This document shows positions 7,060 through 16,697 of a stretch of DNA of 64,000 nt, in pieces. Source of the DNA: Sideroxydans sp. (GTDB taxonomy: Bacteria > Pseudomonadota > Gammaproteobacteria > Burkholderiales > Gallionellaceae). A model generated the notes under the pieces. The model was not told the origin of the DNA. It saw only the letters and a program-made list of their open reading frames with translations, and searched no databases. The stretch covers positions 117,659-181,658 of the forward strand of contig VMTA01000018.1 of the NCBI GenBank assembly GCA_013791855.1. The letters are read 5' to 3'. Numbering within the stretch: position 1 is the first letter of the stretch; every line of letters starts with the position of its first letter. The translations under genes were made by a program, and so were the position numbers.

Positions 7060-8945
7060 ATCGTTTCCTTTGCGTAGGATGGATCGTAGTCGCGCTGTTC
7101 TACAAAGAGGCTGTTGCCCGGAATCTTCTTCGCCATCTTCTTGGCATCGGTCATGGCGGCGGAGACTTCGTGGTGTGACGAGAATTGGCCGGCCTCTATC
7201 CTGATCGCGCCGATGGACAGGCTGCTGAGGGGGTGGAACTTCACCGTGCCGTCGCGCCCTTCGCTGGTGTAACCGCCGGCGGCGATATGTTCTTCGCGGA
7301 ACATCAGCGAGGCGGCCTGCTCGAACGAGCGCAACGCTTGTTCGCAGCGTGATTGCCAGTCGCGGCTTTGCATCAGCAGGATGAAATCGTCTCCGCCGAT
7401 GTGGCCGAGGAAGTCGAGCTTGGGGTCGCATGTCCAGCTCAGCACGCGGCCGGTGAGCTGGATCATCTCGTCGCCCTTGCGGTAGCCGTAGGTGTCGTTG
7501 AATGGTTTGAAGTGATCAAGGTCGCAATAGCAGGCGACGAACGGGGTGTTCGCCTGCAGCAGGCGGCCGATGTGTTCGTTTATCGGCACGTTGCCGGGCA
7601 GCAGGGTGAGCGGGTTGGCATAGCGAGCGGCTTCCAACTGCATCTGCGTGAGCTCGCGCAACAGCGCCTGGCCCGAGGCGACGCCGATGTAGCGGCCGCG
7701 CTCGGTGATGATGAAGCCCTCGGCGAAATGGCGGTCTTCCGATTCGGCCAGGAAGTGGCTGAGCTCCTGCACCGGCATGTTCTTCTCCACCAGCAGCGGC
7801 GGATTCTGGATCAGTTCCATGCAAGATTTGCGACCGTGCAATTCGCGCTGGTAGGGTTTGGCGAAACGGTCGATGAAGCTGTAGCGGCTGATGAGCCCGA
7901 CCGGCGTGCCGTTGTTGACCACCGGGATGGCGCGCAGCGCAGGATCGGCGTTGAAGCGGTCGAATATGTTTTCGATCAGCGTGTTCGGGTGCACCGGCTC
8001 GATGTAGGTCAGCAGCTTTTGAGCCGTGGTCTGCGCGTTGGGCGGGCAGGCTGGGCACGAGGCATCCGGGAAGATGGAGATGCTCGAAGCGTTGAGGATG
8101 CGGCCGGTCTCGGTGGAGGCGAACAGCGGCGGCGTGGGGCTGGGGCGGGCGATGAAGTATCCCTGGCCGAGCGCGATGCCGAGTTCCTTCACCACTTTCA
8201 ATTCGGCCTCGGTCTCCACACCTTCGGCGATTACGTGTGTACCGCAGCTCTCGGCGATGCTCTGGATGGATTTGAGGAACTGCAATTTGATCGGGTCGCG
8301 GTCCACGCCCTGCACGAAATGCATGTCGATCTTGATGTATTCGGGGCGCAGTTCGGACCACAGGCGCAGGCTGGAGAACCCTTCGCCCAGATCGTCGATG
8401 GCGATCTTGAAGCCCATACCCCGGTAATGCAGCAGCGCGCTGCGCATGGCTTCGAAGTCGAAGGTGGGCTGGTTCTCGGTGATCTCGATCACCACGCGCG
8501 ACGGGTCGATATCCAGTTGCTCCAGAAAGGCCAGCGTCTGGCCGTTGCGGAAGCTGGGCTGGGTCAGCGTCTGCGGACTGACGTTGAGGAACAACTGGCC
8601 GGGCAGGTCTAGTCGGGCGAAAGCTTCGAGTACGGTGTGACGCGCGAGCATCTCGACTTCCAGCGCCAGGCCTTCGCGTTCGGCGGTCGCGAACAGATTG
8701 ACCGGCGAGTGTAATGGGCTGTTGGCGGGACCGCGGATCAAGCCTTCATAGCCGAGGAATTCGCCGCGCTTGAGGTCGATGATGGGCTGGAACAATGCGC
8801 TCAGGCTGCGTTCGGCAAGTATCTCTTCCAGCGGTGTCATGACTTGTTCCTTGTGTTCTTCGGCCTGCAGCAGGTTGGCCATGAATTGCGCGCGCGGCGC
8901 GCGCGCATAAGCGTGTTGCTGGGCAGGCGGCAGGACGGTGAACAT
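7056..8945 (-). CDS. EAL-CBS-CBS-GGDEF c-di-GMP turnover protein
   Basis: FQPI...YEGLIRGP, LFLNVSP, IEITE, DDLGEGFSSL, IKID, AEGVET; CBS pair; DLDHFKPFNDTYG...GDE...GHIGGDDF. Confidence 0.9.
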   Translation of the reverse strand: MFTVLPPAQQHAYARAPRAQFMANLLQAEEHKEQVMTPLEEILAERSLSALFQPIIDLKRGEFLGYEGLIRGPANSPLHSPVNLFATAEREGLALEVEMLARHTVLEAFARLDLPGQLFLNVSPQTLTQPSFRNGQTLAFLEQLDIDPSRVVIEITENQPTFDFEAMRSALLHYRGMGFKIAIDDLGEGFSSLRLWSELRPEYIKIDMHFVQGVDRDPIKLQFLKSIQSIAESCGTHVIAEGVETEAELKVVKELGIALGQGYFIARPSPTPPLFASTETGRILNASSISIFPDASCPACPPNAQTTAQKLLTYIEPVHPNTLIENIFDRFNADPALRAIPVVNNGTPVGLISRYSFIDRFAKPYQRELHGRKSCMELIQNPPLLVEKNMPVQELSHFLAESEDRHFAEGFIITERGRYIGVASGQALLRELTQMQLEAARYANPLTLLPGNVPINEHIGRLLQANTPFVACYCDLDHFKPFNDTYGYRKGDEMIQLTGRVLSWTCDPKLDFLGHIGGDDFILLMQSRDWQSRCEQALRSFEQAASLMFREEHIAAGGYTSEGRDGTVKFHPLSSLSIGAIRIEAGQFSSHHEVSAAMTDAKKMAKKIPGNSLFVEQRDYDPSYAKETI

Positions 8946-8977
8946 GGCGCACCTCTAATCTCTGGTTTCGGGCGCGC

Positions 8978-9009
8978 AGGTTAGCGCCGCAGTGTTACGG
9001 GCAGATGAC
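8978..9009 (-). promoter_or_regulatory. PhoB-box-like promoter upstream of the EAL-GGDEF operon
   Basis: Minus strand GTCAT-N6-GTAAC-N10-TAACCT, then AGAGGT RBS before ATG 8945. Confidence 0.45.
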
Positions 9010-9082
9010 GGCTTTCCCATCTGCGCAAGGCGGTTACAATGAGCCCCGTTTCGTCGTCGCCTACATTCCAGAGGGTTCGCGC

Positions 9083-11125
9083 ATGATCGTTCCGCAGTTG
9101 CTGCAAGACCTGTCCAAGCGTTTGAACAGCCGCGGTTTTTCCGTGCTGCTGTCGGCGCTATCCGTGTTGTTCGTGCTGACCCTGTATTACTCGCAGAACC
9201 CCTTTCTGGAGGCGTTCGAGGCACGCACCTACGATCTGCGCTTCCGTGAGATGCGCGGTGCCATCCCGCTGGAACCTTCCATCGCCATCATCGCCATCGA
9301 TGACAAGAGCATCGCCGAACTAGGACGCTACCCCTGGACGCGCAGCCAGTACGCGCGTTTGCTGGAGCGGCTGAAAGCGGCGCAGGCGAAGGCGGTGATG
9401 TTCGATGCCTTCTTCCCCGAGCGCGAGGATATGGTGAACGACCAGGCGTTCTCGGCGGCGATGCAGAAGTCGGGCAACGTCACACTGGCGCAACTGTTCG
9501 AGTACGGCCCGGACGGGCAGGTGAAAGGTGTCACGCGCTCGCTGCCGGAGTTCGAGCGGGCGGCGGTCTCATCAGGCCAGATCAATCTGTTCCCGGACGA
9601 GGACGGCGTGAACCGGCGCGTGCCGCTGTTGATCGAGGCGGACGGTAAATTGCATCCTTCGCTGGGCATGACGGCGGCGATGATCGCGCTGGGGGAAAAG
9701 GAATATTCGGCCGAAGCTTTCGATGTGGTGGTGGGCGAGCGCCATATCCCGGTAGACGAACAATATGCGATGTGGATCAACTACACCGGCCCGCCGGGCG
9801 GTTATCCGCGCTACTCCTTCACCGACGTGGTGCACGGGCGGGTGCCGGCCGAGGCGCTGAAGGGCAAGGTGCTGTTCATCGGTGCCACTGCGCTGGGGGT
9901 GTATGACATGCGCGTCACGCCTTTCCACGGCAATACGCCGGGGGTGGAGATCCACGCCACCGTGGCCGACAACATCATCAGCGACCGCTTCATCCGCCAG
10001 GGCGGGCTGGAGGCGCTGATGGACATGATGTTCATCGTGCTGCTGGGCACGCTGGCCTATTTCCTCACCACACGCCTGCGCCTGTACGGTGCTATCCCGG
10101 CCACGGTGCTGATGCTGTCCGCCTATATCTGGTTCGCCTATGACATGTTCGCGGCCGGGCACTGGATCAATATCATCTATCCGACCTTGTCGGCGATCCT
10201 GGCGCTGCTGACGGGCGGCAGCTTCCGCTATCTGGTGCTGGAGCGCAGTGCGCGCGAGATGCGTTCCATGTTCTCCAGCTATCTGTCACCCAAGCTGGTG
10301 GCGCGACTGGAGAAGGACCCCGACGCAGCCAAGATCGGCGGCGACACCAAGGATGTGACGGTGCTGTTCACCGACATCAAAGGCTTCACCTCCTTCAGCG
10401 AATCGCATCCGCCGCAAGTGGTGGTGGCGCGACTGAACGAATATCTGGGGGAGATGGTGAAGATCATCGAGCGGCACGATGGCACCATAGACAAGTTCAT
10501 CGGCGATGCGGTGATGGCTTACTGGGGTGCGCCGCTGGCGCAGCCCGACCATGCGCGGCTGGCGGTGGAATGTGTGGCGGCCATGGCGACGCGCATGGGG
10601 CAGTTGCGCAGCAAATGGGAGGCGGAAGGTGTGGTGCCGTTCTCGATACGCGGCGGCTTGCATTCCGGCGAGGTGGTGGCCGGCAATGTCGGTTTTGCGG
10701 GCAAGAAGATGGAGTACACCGTGATCGGTGATACGGTGAATCTGGCCTCGCGTCTGGAAGGCACTGCGAAATACTACGGCATCACCTATCTGGTGGGCGA
10801 ACAGACCCGTCAGCTGGCGCCGGATGTCTGTCCGTATCGGGAAATGGACAAGATTCGGGTGGTCGGCAAGCAATTACCCGTTACAATTTATGAGCCTCAG
10901 GTCGGCCCGGATGCTTTGAGCAGCGGCCAAATGGCACGCTTCCATGCGGGGCTGGCGCACTACAGGCAGCGTGATTGGGCTGCGGCGCAGTCCGAATTCG
11001 CGGCCGTACTGGAAGAAAGACCGGAAGACAGGCCAAGCCAGTTATACGTCGAACGTTGCACCTACTTTGCAGCCAATCCCCCGGCAGAAGACTGGGACGG
11101 CGTTTTCAACCGGGCAGAAAAATAA
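9083..11125 (+). CDS. CHASE2-domain class III adenylate cyclase
   Basis: IIAIDDKSIAELGRYPW.R CHASE2, TPGVEIHA, 3 TM helices, VTVLFTDIKGFT, IDKFIGDAVMA, EYTVIGDTVNLASRLEG; start ATG 9083 with GAGG RBS. Confidence 0.92.
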   Translation: MIVPQLLQDLSKRLNSRGFSVLLSALSVLFVLTLYYSQNPFLEAFEARTYDLRFREMRGAIPLEPSIAIIAIDDKSIAELGRYPWTRSQYARLLERLKAAQAKAVMFDAFFPEREDMVNDQAFSAAMQKSGNVTLAQLFEYGPDGQVKGVTRSLPEFERAAVSSGQINLFPDEDGVNRRVPLLIEADGKLHPSLGMTAAMIALGEKEYSAEAFDVVVGERHIPVDEQYAMWINYTGPPGGYPRYSFTDVVHGRVPAEALKGKVLFIGATALGVYDMRVTPFHGNTPGVEIHATVADNIISDRFIRQGGLEALMDMMFIVLLGTLAYFLTTRLRLYGAIPATVLMLSAYIWFAYDMFAAGHWINIIYPTLSAILALLTGGSFRYLVLERSAREMRSMFSSYLSPKLVARLEKDPDAAKIGGDTKDVTVLFTDIKGFTSFSESHPPQVVVARLNEYLGEMVKIIERHDGTIDKFIGDAVMAYWGAPLAQPDHARLAVECVAAMATRMGQLRSKWEAEGVVPFSIRGGLHSGEVVAGNVGFAGKKMEYTVIGDTVNLASRLEGTAKYYGITYLVGEQTRQLAPDVCPYREMDKIRVVGKQLPVTIYEPQVGPDALSSGQMARFHAGLAHYRQRDWAAAQSEFAAVLEERPEDRPSQLYVERCTYFAANPPAEDWDGVFNRAEK

Positions 11126-11177
11126 CGCGACCGTCAGTGTCGCGGATCACATCAACAGAATTTGGATAGGTGGATAC

Positions 11178-14100
11178 ATGCGTAACTTGCTGATTGCATC
11201 CCTGATAGGACTCATTTCCCTTAGCGCCCATGCGGGGCTGAACGGCAACGGACTTGCCAACGGCTTCATCAAGGCCGATTTCAAGCGCGAGATCGCTGCT
11301 GACAAGCTGGAAAAGTTGCTGGCAACCGGCGGCGGCCTGCTGTTCGTTGCGCGTAAAGGCGGTGAGGTCGTGGCGATGGATGCGGGCGGGAAAGTCGCCT
11401 TTACGCTAGCGGCCAAGTCCGGCGAAGTGGAGCTGCTGAAGCGCCCGGAAGGTGCCGCAGTCACCAAGGACACCTTGTATGTGGTGGATAGCGATACCGA
11501 CCAGGTAGTGATGTATACCTTGCCCGGCGGCAAGTACAAGGGGCGTTTTGGCGCTAAGGCGGGCGGCTTCTTCGGCGGTGACGATCAGGCGCTGGACGGC
11601 CCACGTGGTATCGCGGTGCACGAAGGCGTGGTCTATGTGGCGGACACCGGCAATAAACGCATCCAGATGTTCGGTGTGAACGGCGTGTTCATCCATACGC
11701 TGGACCTGCATGCGAAGGGTAAAGACGAGAGCGGCAGGGAATTGCCGTGGCCGTTGAAGAAGGCCGCGGATATCGCGCTGGATGAGGTTGGCCGCATCTA
11801 TGTGATGGATAGCGATGAGAGTCAGATCAAGGTCTACGACCCCAGCGGTCTGTATCTGAGCTCTTTCCAGGATGTCGGTTCGCCGGTCGCGCTGGCAGTG
11901 GCTGAAGACGGTGTCTACGTCGCGGATGGAAGTAAACAGGTGGTGTCCAAGTTCGACTTCGACGGCAAGCCGGCTTTTTCGTTCGGCTCCAAGGGCGAGG
12001 GGAAATCCCAGACCAAGCAACTCTCCGGCCTTGCGGTAGAAAAAGGTCAGCAGGTCTACATCGGCGATGCCGGCAAATCGTTGCTCAATCATTTCCAGAC
12101 CATCGCGGGTACGCGCATGGAGCCGGTGCCTAAGGCGGCCGGACGTTCTTCCGTCAAATGGCAGGGCAGCATCCCGGTCGAAGCGGTGCAGTTGGCCGGT
12201 GACGGCAAGGGGACGGTGTATGCCATCACCAAGCCGGGCAAGGATGGCAGTGCATTGCTCAAGCTCAAGGACGGCAAAGTGGCGGCTGAGATCAGGCCCG
12301 CCGATATGGAGTTGACCGCGGTCACTGTGGATGCGAGCGGCGGTCTCTGGGTGCTGGATAAAAAGAAGAAGCGCTGTGTGAAACTGGATGAGGCGGGCAA
12401 GGAACTGGCGACTTTCGGTAGCGGCGGCAGCGGCGCAGGACAGTTCAGCAATCCTGCTTCCGTGGCGGTCGCCAGCAGCGGTCTGGTGTTTGTGGCGGAT
12501 CGCGGCCATCGCTCGGTGCAGGTGTTCCGCGGCGACGGCGTGTATGTGGACAAGCTGGGCGGCAATATCAGCAATCCGTTGGCGATCGGTATAGACCCGC
12601 AGGACCGCTTGTTCGTGCTGGACGGCAGTCGCAGCAGCGTGCTGGTGTTCAAGCCCAGCGGCGAGTTGTCGCATGAATTCGCCAGACCCAAGGAAGGCAG
12701 TCTGTTCGCCAAGCCGCTGGATATGGCGGTCACCGCCGACGAAGTGCTGGTGCTGGACGGCAATCAGGTAAAGGCGTTCGATCACCAAGGCAAACTGTTG
12801 CGGGTGTTCGGTACCAAAGCGACCGGTACGGCCAATCTGGGCGATCCGGTGGCGCTGGCCAGCAGCGGCGGTAGCACGCTGTTCGTGGCGGATGGCGAAG
12901 GCAAGCGTGTCGAATCCCTGTCGGTGATGTACAAACCGCAGCAACCGGCCAATTTCACCGCACACGGACATGTGCATGCGGTGGACCTGAGCTGGGACAA
13001 GCCGGCGGCGTTCTACGTCAAGGCCTTCCACATCTATCGCTCCAAGAGCGAGAACGCCGGCTATGTGCAAGTCGGCACCAGCGAGACAAATGCCTATACC
13101 GATGCAGGGCTGGATGCGGATGTGCGCTACTTCTATCGCGTGGTGGCGGTCTCCGATTTCGGTTATGAGGGAGCGAGCAGCTCCGCTGCGAGCGCAACGA
13201 CAGAGAAATTCACACCACCCGCTTTGAGCGCGGTCACGGCCGAGATGACACCCTGGCAGGCGAACCTGAAATGGGAAGCTGTCGATCCGCAATACTTCGC
13301 GGCCTACCGCATCTATCAGCAGGAAGGCGATGCCATGCTGCAGGTGGGCGAGGTCACCATGCCGGAGTTCACCAAGGACGCCCTGCAGCCGGAAACCAAA
13401 TACACCTTCTATGTCAGCGTGCTGAGCACCGACCAGACCGAATCGGAAAAGCTGCCGGTGGAAGCGACGACGCTGGTGTTCAGCCGTCCGCCGCTGGATA
13501 TCGAAGTGGTCAAGCTGGAGAACGTGTTCTCGAACTCCTACAAGCTGTACGAGCGTGACGGTATCGGCACCATCCGCCTGACCAACAACACGGACAAGAA
13601 GATGGAGAAGATCCGGGTCAGCTTCCTGTTGAAGAACTTCATGGATTTCTCGACCGAGAACAAGATCCTCAAGTTGATGCCGGGATCGAGCGAGGAATTG
13701 CCGCTGAAGGCGGTGTTCAACAACAGCATCCTCACCATGACCGAAGACAGCTCGGTGCAGGCACTGATCGAGGCCAGCTACTTCGATAACGGCAAGAAGG
13801 TGACTTACAGCCATAACGCCACGGTCAACGTGTACGACAAACACCGCCTGACCTGGGACGAGCGCGGGCGCTTCGCCGCCTTCGTCACGCCGAAAGACCC
13901 GCCGGTGCTGAATCTGGCGCGCGGTATCGTGGGCGAGTACCGCGAGACCAAGGATGAGGCGCAACTGGCGGCGGCACTGTTCGACGCGCTGGGTCTGTTC
14001 GGTCTGACCTATATCCAGGATCCGAGTAATCCCTATCAGCTCACCTCGGGCAAGGAGCATACCGTCGACTACATCCAGTTCCCGCGCGAGACGCTGGAGC

Positions 14101-14927
14101 GCAAATCGGGCGATTGCGACGACCTGGTAGCGGTCTACAGCGCCGGGTTGGAGAGCATGGGCATCAATACGCGCGTGCTGGAAGTGCCGGGGCACATGCT
14201 GATGATGTTCGATACACGCATCCCGGCCGAAGGCGATGGCTATACGATGAACAATCTGTATGTGATCCACGAGGGCACGCTGTGGGTGCCTGTGGAGACC
14301 ACGCTGGTCGGTAATTCCTTCATCAGGGCCTGGGAGAAGGGCAGCGAGACCTACTACAAATACAAGGATGACGGCTTGACGGTGCTGGATGTGCATGCGT
14401 CATGGGACACCTTCAAGCCGGCCAGTCTGCCGGATTCGGACTGGAAGGCGAGTGGTTTGAATCGCGCCGCCATCGAGAAGAAGTTCCCGGGCGACATACT
14501 GTCGGTGTTGAAGATCAGCTCGCAGACCAAGACACGGCGTTATCTGGACATCATCAAGGACAAGCCGGGCGATGTGGATGCGCACTTGCAGGTCGGCATC
14601 ATCCTGGCCAAGATCGGTGATCGCAAGGAGGCGATGAAGTACTTTGAAAAGGTGCTGAGTCTGGATGCGAAGAACGCCTCCGCGCACAACAACCTCGGCA
14701 ATCTTTACATGATCGACGACAAGTATCAGGATGCGGTCAAAGCTTATGCCGCGGCTGCCAAGCTGAGCCCCAATGATGCGCATATCTTGGTCAATCTTGC
14801 CCGCGCCTATAAGCGGTTGGGCAACACCAAGAGTGCCAAGGCCACCTTCATCAAGGCCAAGAAGCTGGATAAGAACGTGCAGGTACAATACCGTGCGCTG
14901 GCGCTGGAACTATTGAACGCATTGTGA
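11178..14927 (+). CDS. Large exported NHL-repeat / FN3 / Ig-like / transglutaminase-like Cys domain / TPR protein
   Basis: Signal peptide MRNLLIASLIGLISLSAHA; repeated P.GIAV...VYVAD..N.RIQ.F; two FN3 repeats; GDCDD...PGH...WVPVET; three C-terminal TPRs. Confidence 0.85.
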   Translation: MRNLLIASLIGLISLSAHAGLNGNGLANGFIKADFKREIAADKLEKLLATGGGLLFVARKGGEVVAMDAGGKVAFTLAAKSGEVELLKRPEGAAVTKDTLYVVDSDTDQVVMYTLPGGKYKGRFGAKAGGFFGGDDQALDGPRGIAVHEGVVYVADTGNKRIQMFGVNGVFIHTLDLHAKGKDESGRELPWPLKKAADIALDEVGRIYVMDSDESQIKVYDPSGLYLSSFQDVGSPVALAVAEDGVYVADGSKQVVSKFDFDGKPAFSFGSKGEGKSQTKQLSGLAVEKGQQVYIGDAGKSLLNHFQTIAGTRMEPVPKAAGRSSVKWQGSIPVEAVQLAGDGKGTVYAITKPGKDGSALLKLKDGKVAAEIRPADMELTAVTVDASGGLWVLDKKKKRCVKLDEAGKELATFGSGGSGAGQFSNPASVAVASSGLVFVADRGHRSVQVFRGDGVYVDKLGGNISNPLAIGIDPQDRLFVLDGSRSSVLVFKPSGELSHEFARPKEGSLFAKPLDMAVTADEVLVLDGNQVKAFDHQGKLLRVFGTKATGTANLGDPVALASSGGSTLFVADGEGKRVESLSVMYKPQQPANFTAHGHVHAVDLSWDKPAAFYVKAFHIYRSKSENAGYVQVGTSETNAYTDAGLDADVRYFYRVVAVSDFGYEGASSSAASATTEKFTPPALSAVTAEMTPWQANLKWEAVDPQYFAAYRIYQQEGDAMLQVGEVTMPEFTKDALQPETKYTFYVSVLSTDQTESEKLPVEATTLVFSRPPLDIEVVKLENVFSNSYKLYERDGIGTIRLTNNTDKKMEKIRVSFLLKNFMDFSTENKILKLMPGSSEELPLKAVFNNSILTMTEDSSVQALIEASYFDNGKKVTYSHNATVNVYDKHRLTWDERGRFAAFVTPKDPPVLNLARGIVGEYRETKDEAQLAAALFDALGLFGLTYIQDPSNPYQLTSGKEHTVDYIQFPRETLERKSGDCDDLVAVYSAGLESMGINTRVLEVPGHMLMMFDTRIPAEGDGYTMNNLYVIHEGTLWVPVETTLVGNSFIRAWEKGSETYYKYKDDGLTVLDVHASWDTFKPASLPDSDWKASGLNRAAIEKKFPGDILSVLKISSQTKTRRYLDIIKDKPGDVDAHLQVGIILAKIGDRKEAMKYFEKVLSLDAKNASAHNNLGNLYMIDDKYQDAVKAYAAAAKLSPNDAHILVNLARAYKRLGNTKSAKATFIKAKKLDKNVQVQYRALALELLNAL

Positions 14928-14964
14928 GTCCGATGCCCGCAAGCATAATCAAGGAGATATGGCC

Positions 14965-15360
14965 ATGAAGAGATTGATTTCGTTGTTCGTGTTGCTGGGT
15001 ATCGTATTGGCAACGCCGATACAAGTGTCTGCCGCAGATCAGGAACTGTCACTGTGGGAGCGCCTGCGCAAGAAGATCGAGTTGCTGACGCCGAAGAAGA
15101 AATTGACCACCACGACGGCTGCCGGTGGTGTGCGCGGCTCGCTGGCGGACGCGGATGACGTCTACTGGAAGGGCGAGGCTGAGCAGGCGGCCATCGATGA
15201 AGAAGAGCTGACCGCATTCACCAAGGCTGTCGAGCTGGTCGATACCGGCAAGACGGATGATGCGAAGGCTGCGTTCGCCGGTTTCGTCAAACAATATCCG
15301 GATAGTTCATTGCGCCCCGACGCGGAAGCGGCACTGGCGCAGTTGACGCCGGCCCAGTAA
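14965..15360 (+). CDS. Small exported protein with a TPR-like C-terminal helix pair
   Basis: AAGGAG RBS, signal peptide (..QVSA), TTTTAAGGVRG motif, AKAAFAGFVKQYPDSSLRPDA. Confidence 0.75.
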   Translation: MKRLISLFVLLGIVLATPIQVSAADQELSLWERLRKKIELLTPKKKLTTTTAAGGVRGSLADADDVYWKGEAEQAAIDEEELTAFTKAVELVDTGKTDDAKAAFAGFVKQYPDSSLRPDAEAALAQLTPAQ

Positions 15361-15443
15361 GTCCACAAAAGGTAGGGGCGGCTGGCAGAAAGCCGCTCCA
15401 ACCACTATAATTCCGCCCCCGAACCTCCGGACAGCGGACATCC

Positions 15444-16697
15444 ATGCAGTTATTCAGCTTCGGCCTTAATCACCAGACCGCCCCGCTAGACGTGCGCGAG
15501 CAACTCTCGTTCAACGTCGAGACGATGGAGGACGCTTTGCGCGATCTGGTTGGCAACGGCGCTGCCAAGGAAGCCACCATCCTGTCCACCTGTAACCGTA
15601 CCGAGATCTATTGCAGCACCAGTTCGCCTGCGCAAACGGTCAACTGGCTGGCGGACTATCACAAGCTGCCGGCCAACGATGTCGAACCCTACATCTATCG
15701 TCTTCCGCAGGAGCAGGCGGTGAAGCACGCTTTCCGTGTCGCCAGCGGTCTGGACTCCATGGTTTTGGGCGAGCCGCAGATCCTCGGTCAGATGAAGCAG
15801 GCGGTGCGTCAGGCCGAGCAGGCGGGCACGATGGGTTTCCTGCTGCACAAGTTATTTCAGCGCACCTTCTCGGTCGCCAAGGATGTACGCACCCAGACCG
15901 AGATCGGCGCCAATCTGGTGTCGATGGCCGCTGCCGCGGTCAAACTGGCGGAGCGTATCTATCCCAGCATCTCGGAACAGAGTGTGCTGTTCATCGGCGC
16001 GGGCGAGATGATCGAGCTGAACGCCGTGCACTTTGCCGCGCGCAAGCCCAAGAAGATAACGGTCGCCAACCGCACGCTGGATCGCGCCCAGACGCTGGCC
16101 CGCCGGATAGACGGCCATGCCGTTACCCTGAACGAATTGTCCGAACAACTGGCGCACCACGACATCATCGTCACCTGTACCGCCAGCCAGTTGCCAATCC
16201 TGGGCAAGGGGCTGGTCGAGCGCGCACTCAAACAGCGCAAGCACCGCCCTTTGTTCATCGTCGATCTGGCCGTGCCGCGCGATGTGGAGCCGGAAGTGGC
16301 CGAACTGGACGATGTGTTCCTGTACACCGTGGACGACTTGGCTGAAGTGGTGCGCGACGGGCAGGATGCGCGTCAGGGTGCGGTGAAAGAGGCCGAAGTC
16401 ATCATCGATTCCGGCGTCAACGAATTCATCCACTGGATGGAATCGCGCGAAGTCGTGCCCACCATCCGCGCCTTGCGCGACCATACCGAACGCCAGCGCC
16501 GTCACGAGATGGACAAGGCGCTGAAGCAACTGGCCAAGGGCGATGCACCCGAGAAGGTGCTGGAAGCCCTGAGTGCTTCGCTCACCAATAAATTCCTGCA
16601 CGCCCCGACCCAGAGCCTGAATCAGGCACAGGATAGCGAGCGACAGACACTGCTCGACGCCGTCCACCGCATCTACCACCTGCACACCCCGGAATGA
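15444..16697 (+). CDS. hemA: Glutamyl-tRNA reductase
   Basis: [44 protein letters not shown]. Confidence 0.97.
   Translation: MQLFSFGLNHQTAPLDVREQLSFNVETMEDALRDLVGNGAAKEATILSTCNRTEIYCSTSSPAQTVNWLADYHKLPANDVEPYIYRLPQEQAVKHAFRVASGLDSMVLGEPQILGQMKQAVRQAEQAGTMGFLLHKLFQRTFSVAKDVRTQTEIGANLVSMAAAAVKLAERIYPSISEQSVLFIGAGEMIELNAVHFAARKPKKITVANRTLDRAQTLARRIDGHAVTLNELSEQLAHHDIIVTCTASQLPILGKGLVERALKQRKHRPLFIVDLAVPRDVEPEVAELDDVFLYTVDDLAEVVRDGQDARQGAVKEAEVIIDSGVNEFIHWMESREVVPTIRALRDHTERQRRHEMDKALKQLAKGDAPEKVLEALSASLTNKFLHAPTQSLNQAQDSERQTLLDAVHRIYHLHTPE

Noticed and set aside
11406-14396. 996-aa minus-strand ORF
   Set aside because: Exact antisense of the NHL/TPR gene, with the His/Gln/Arg/Val-rich composition typical of reverse-frame artefacts
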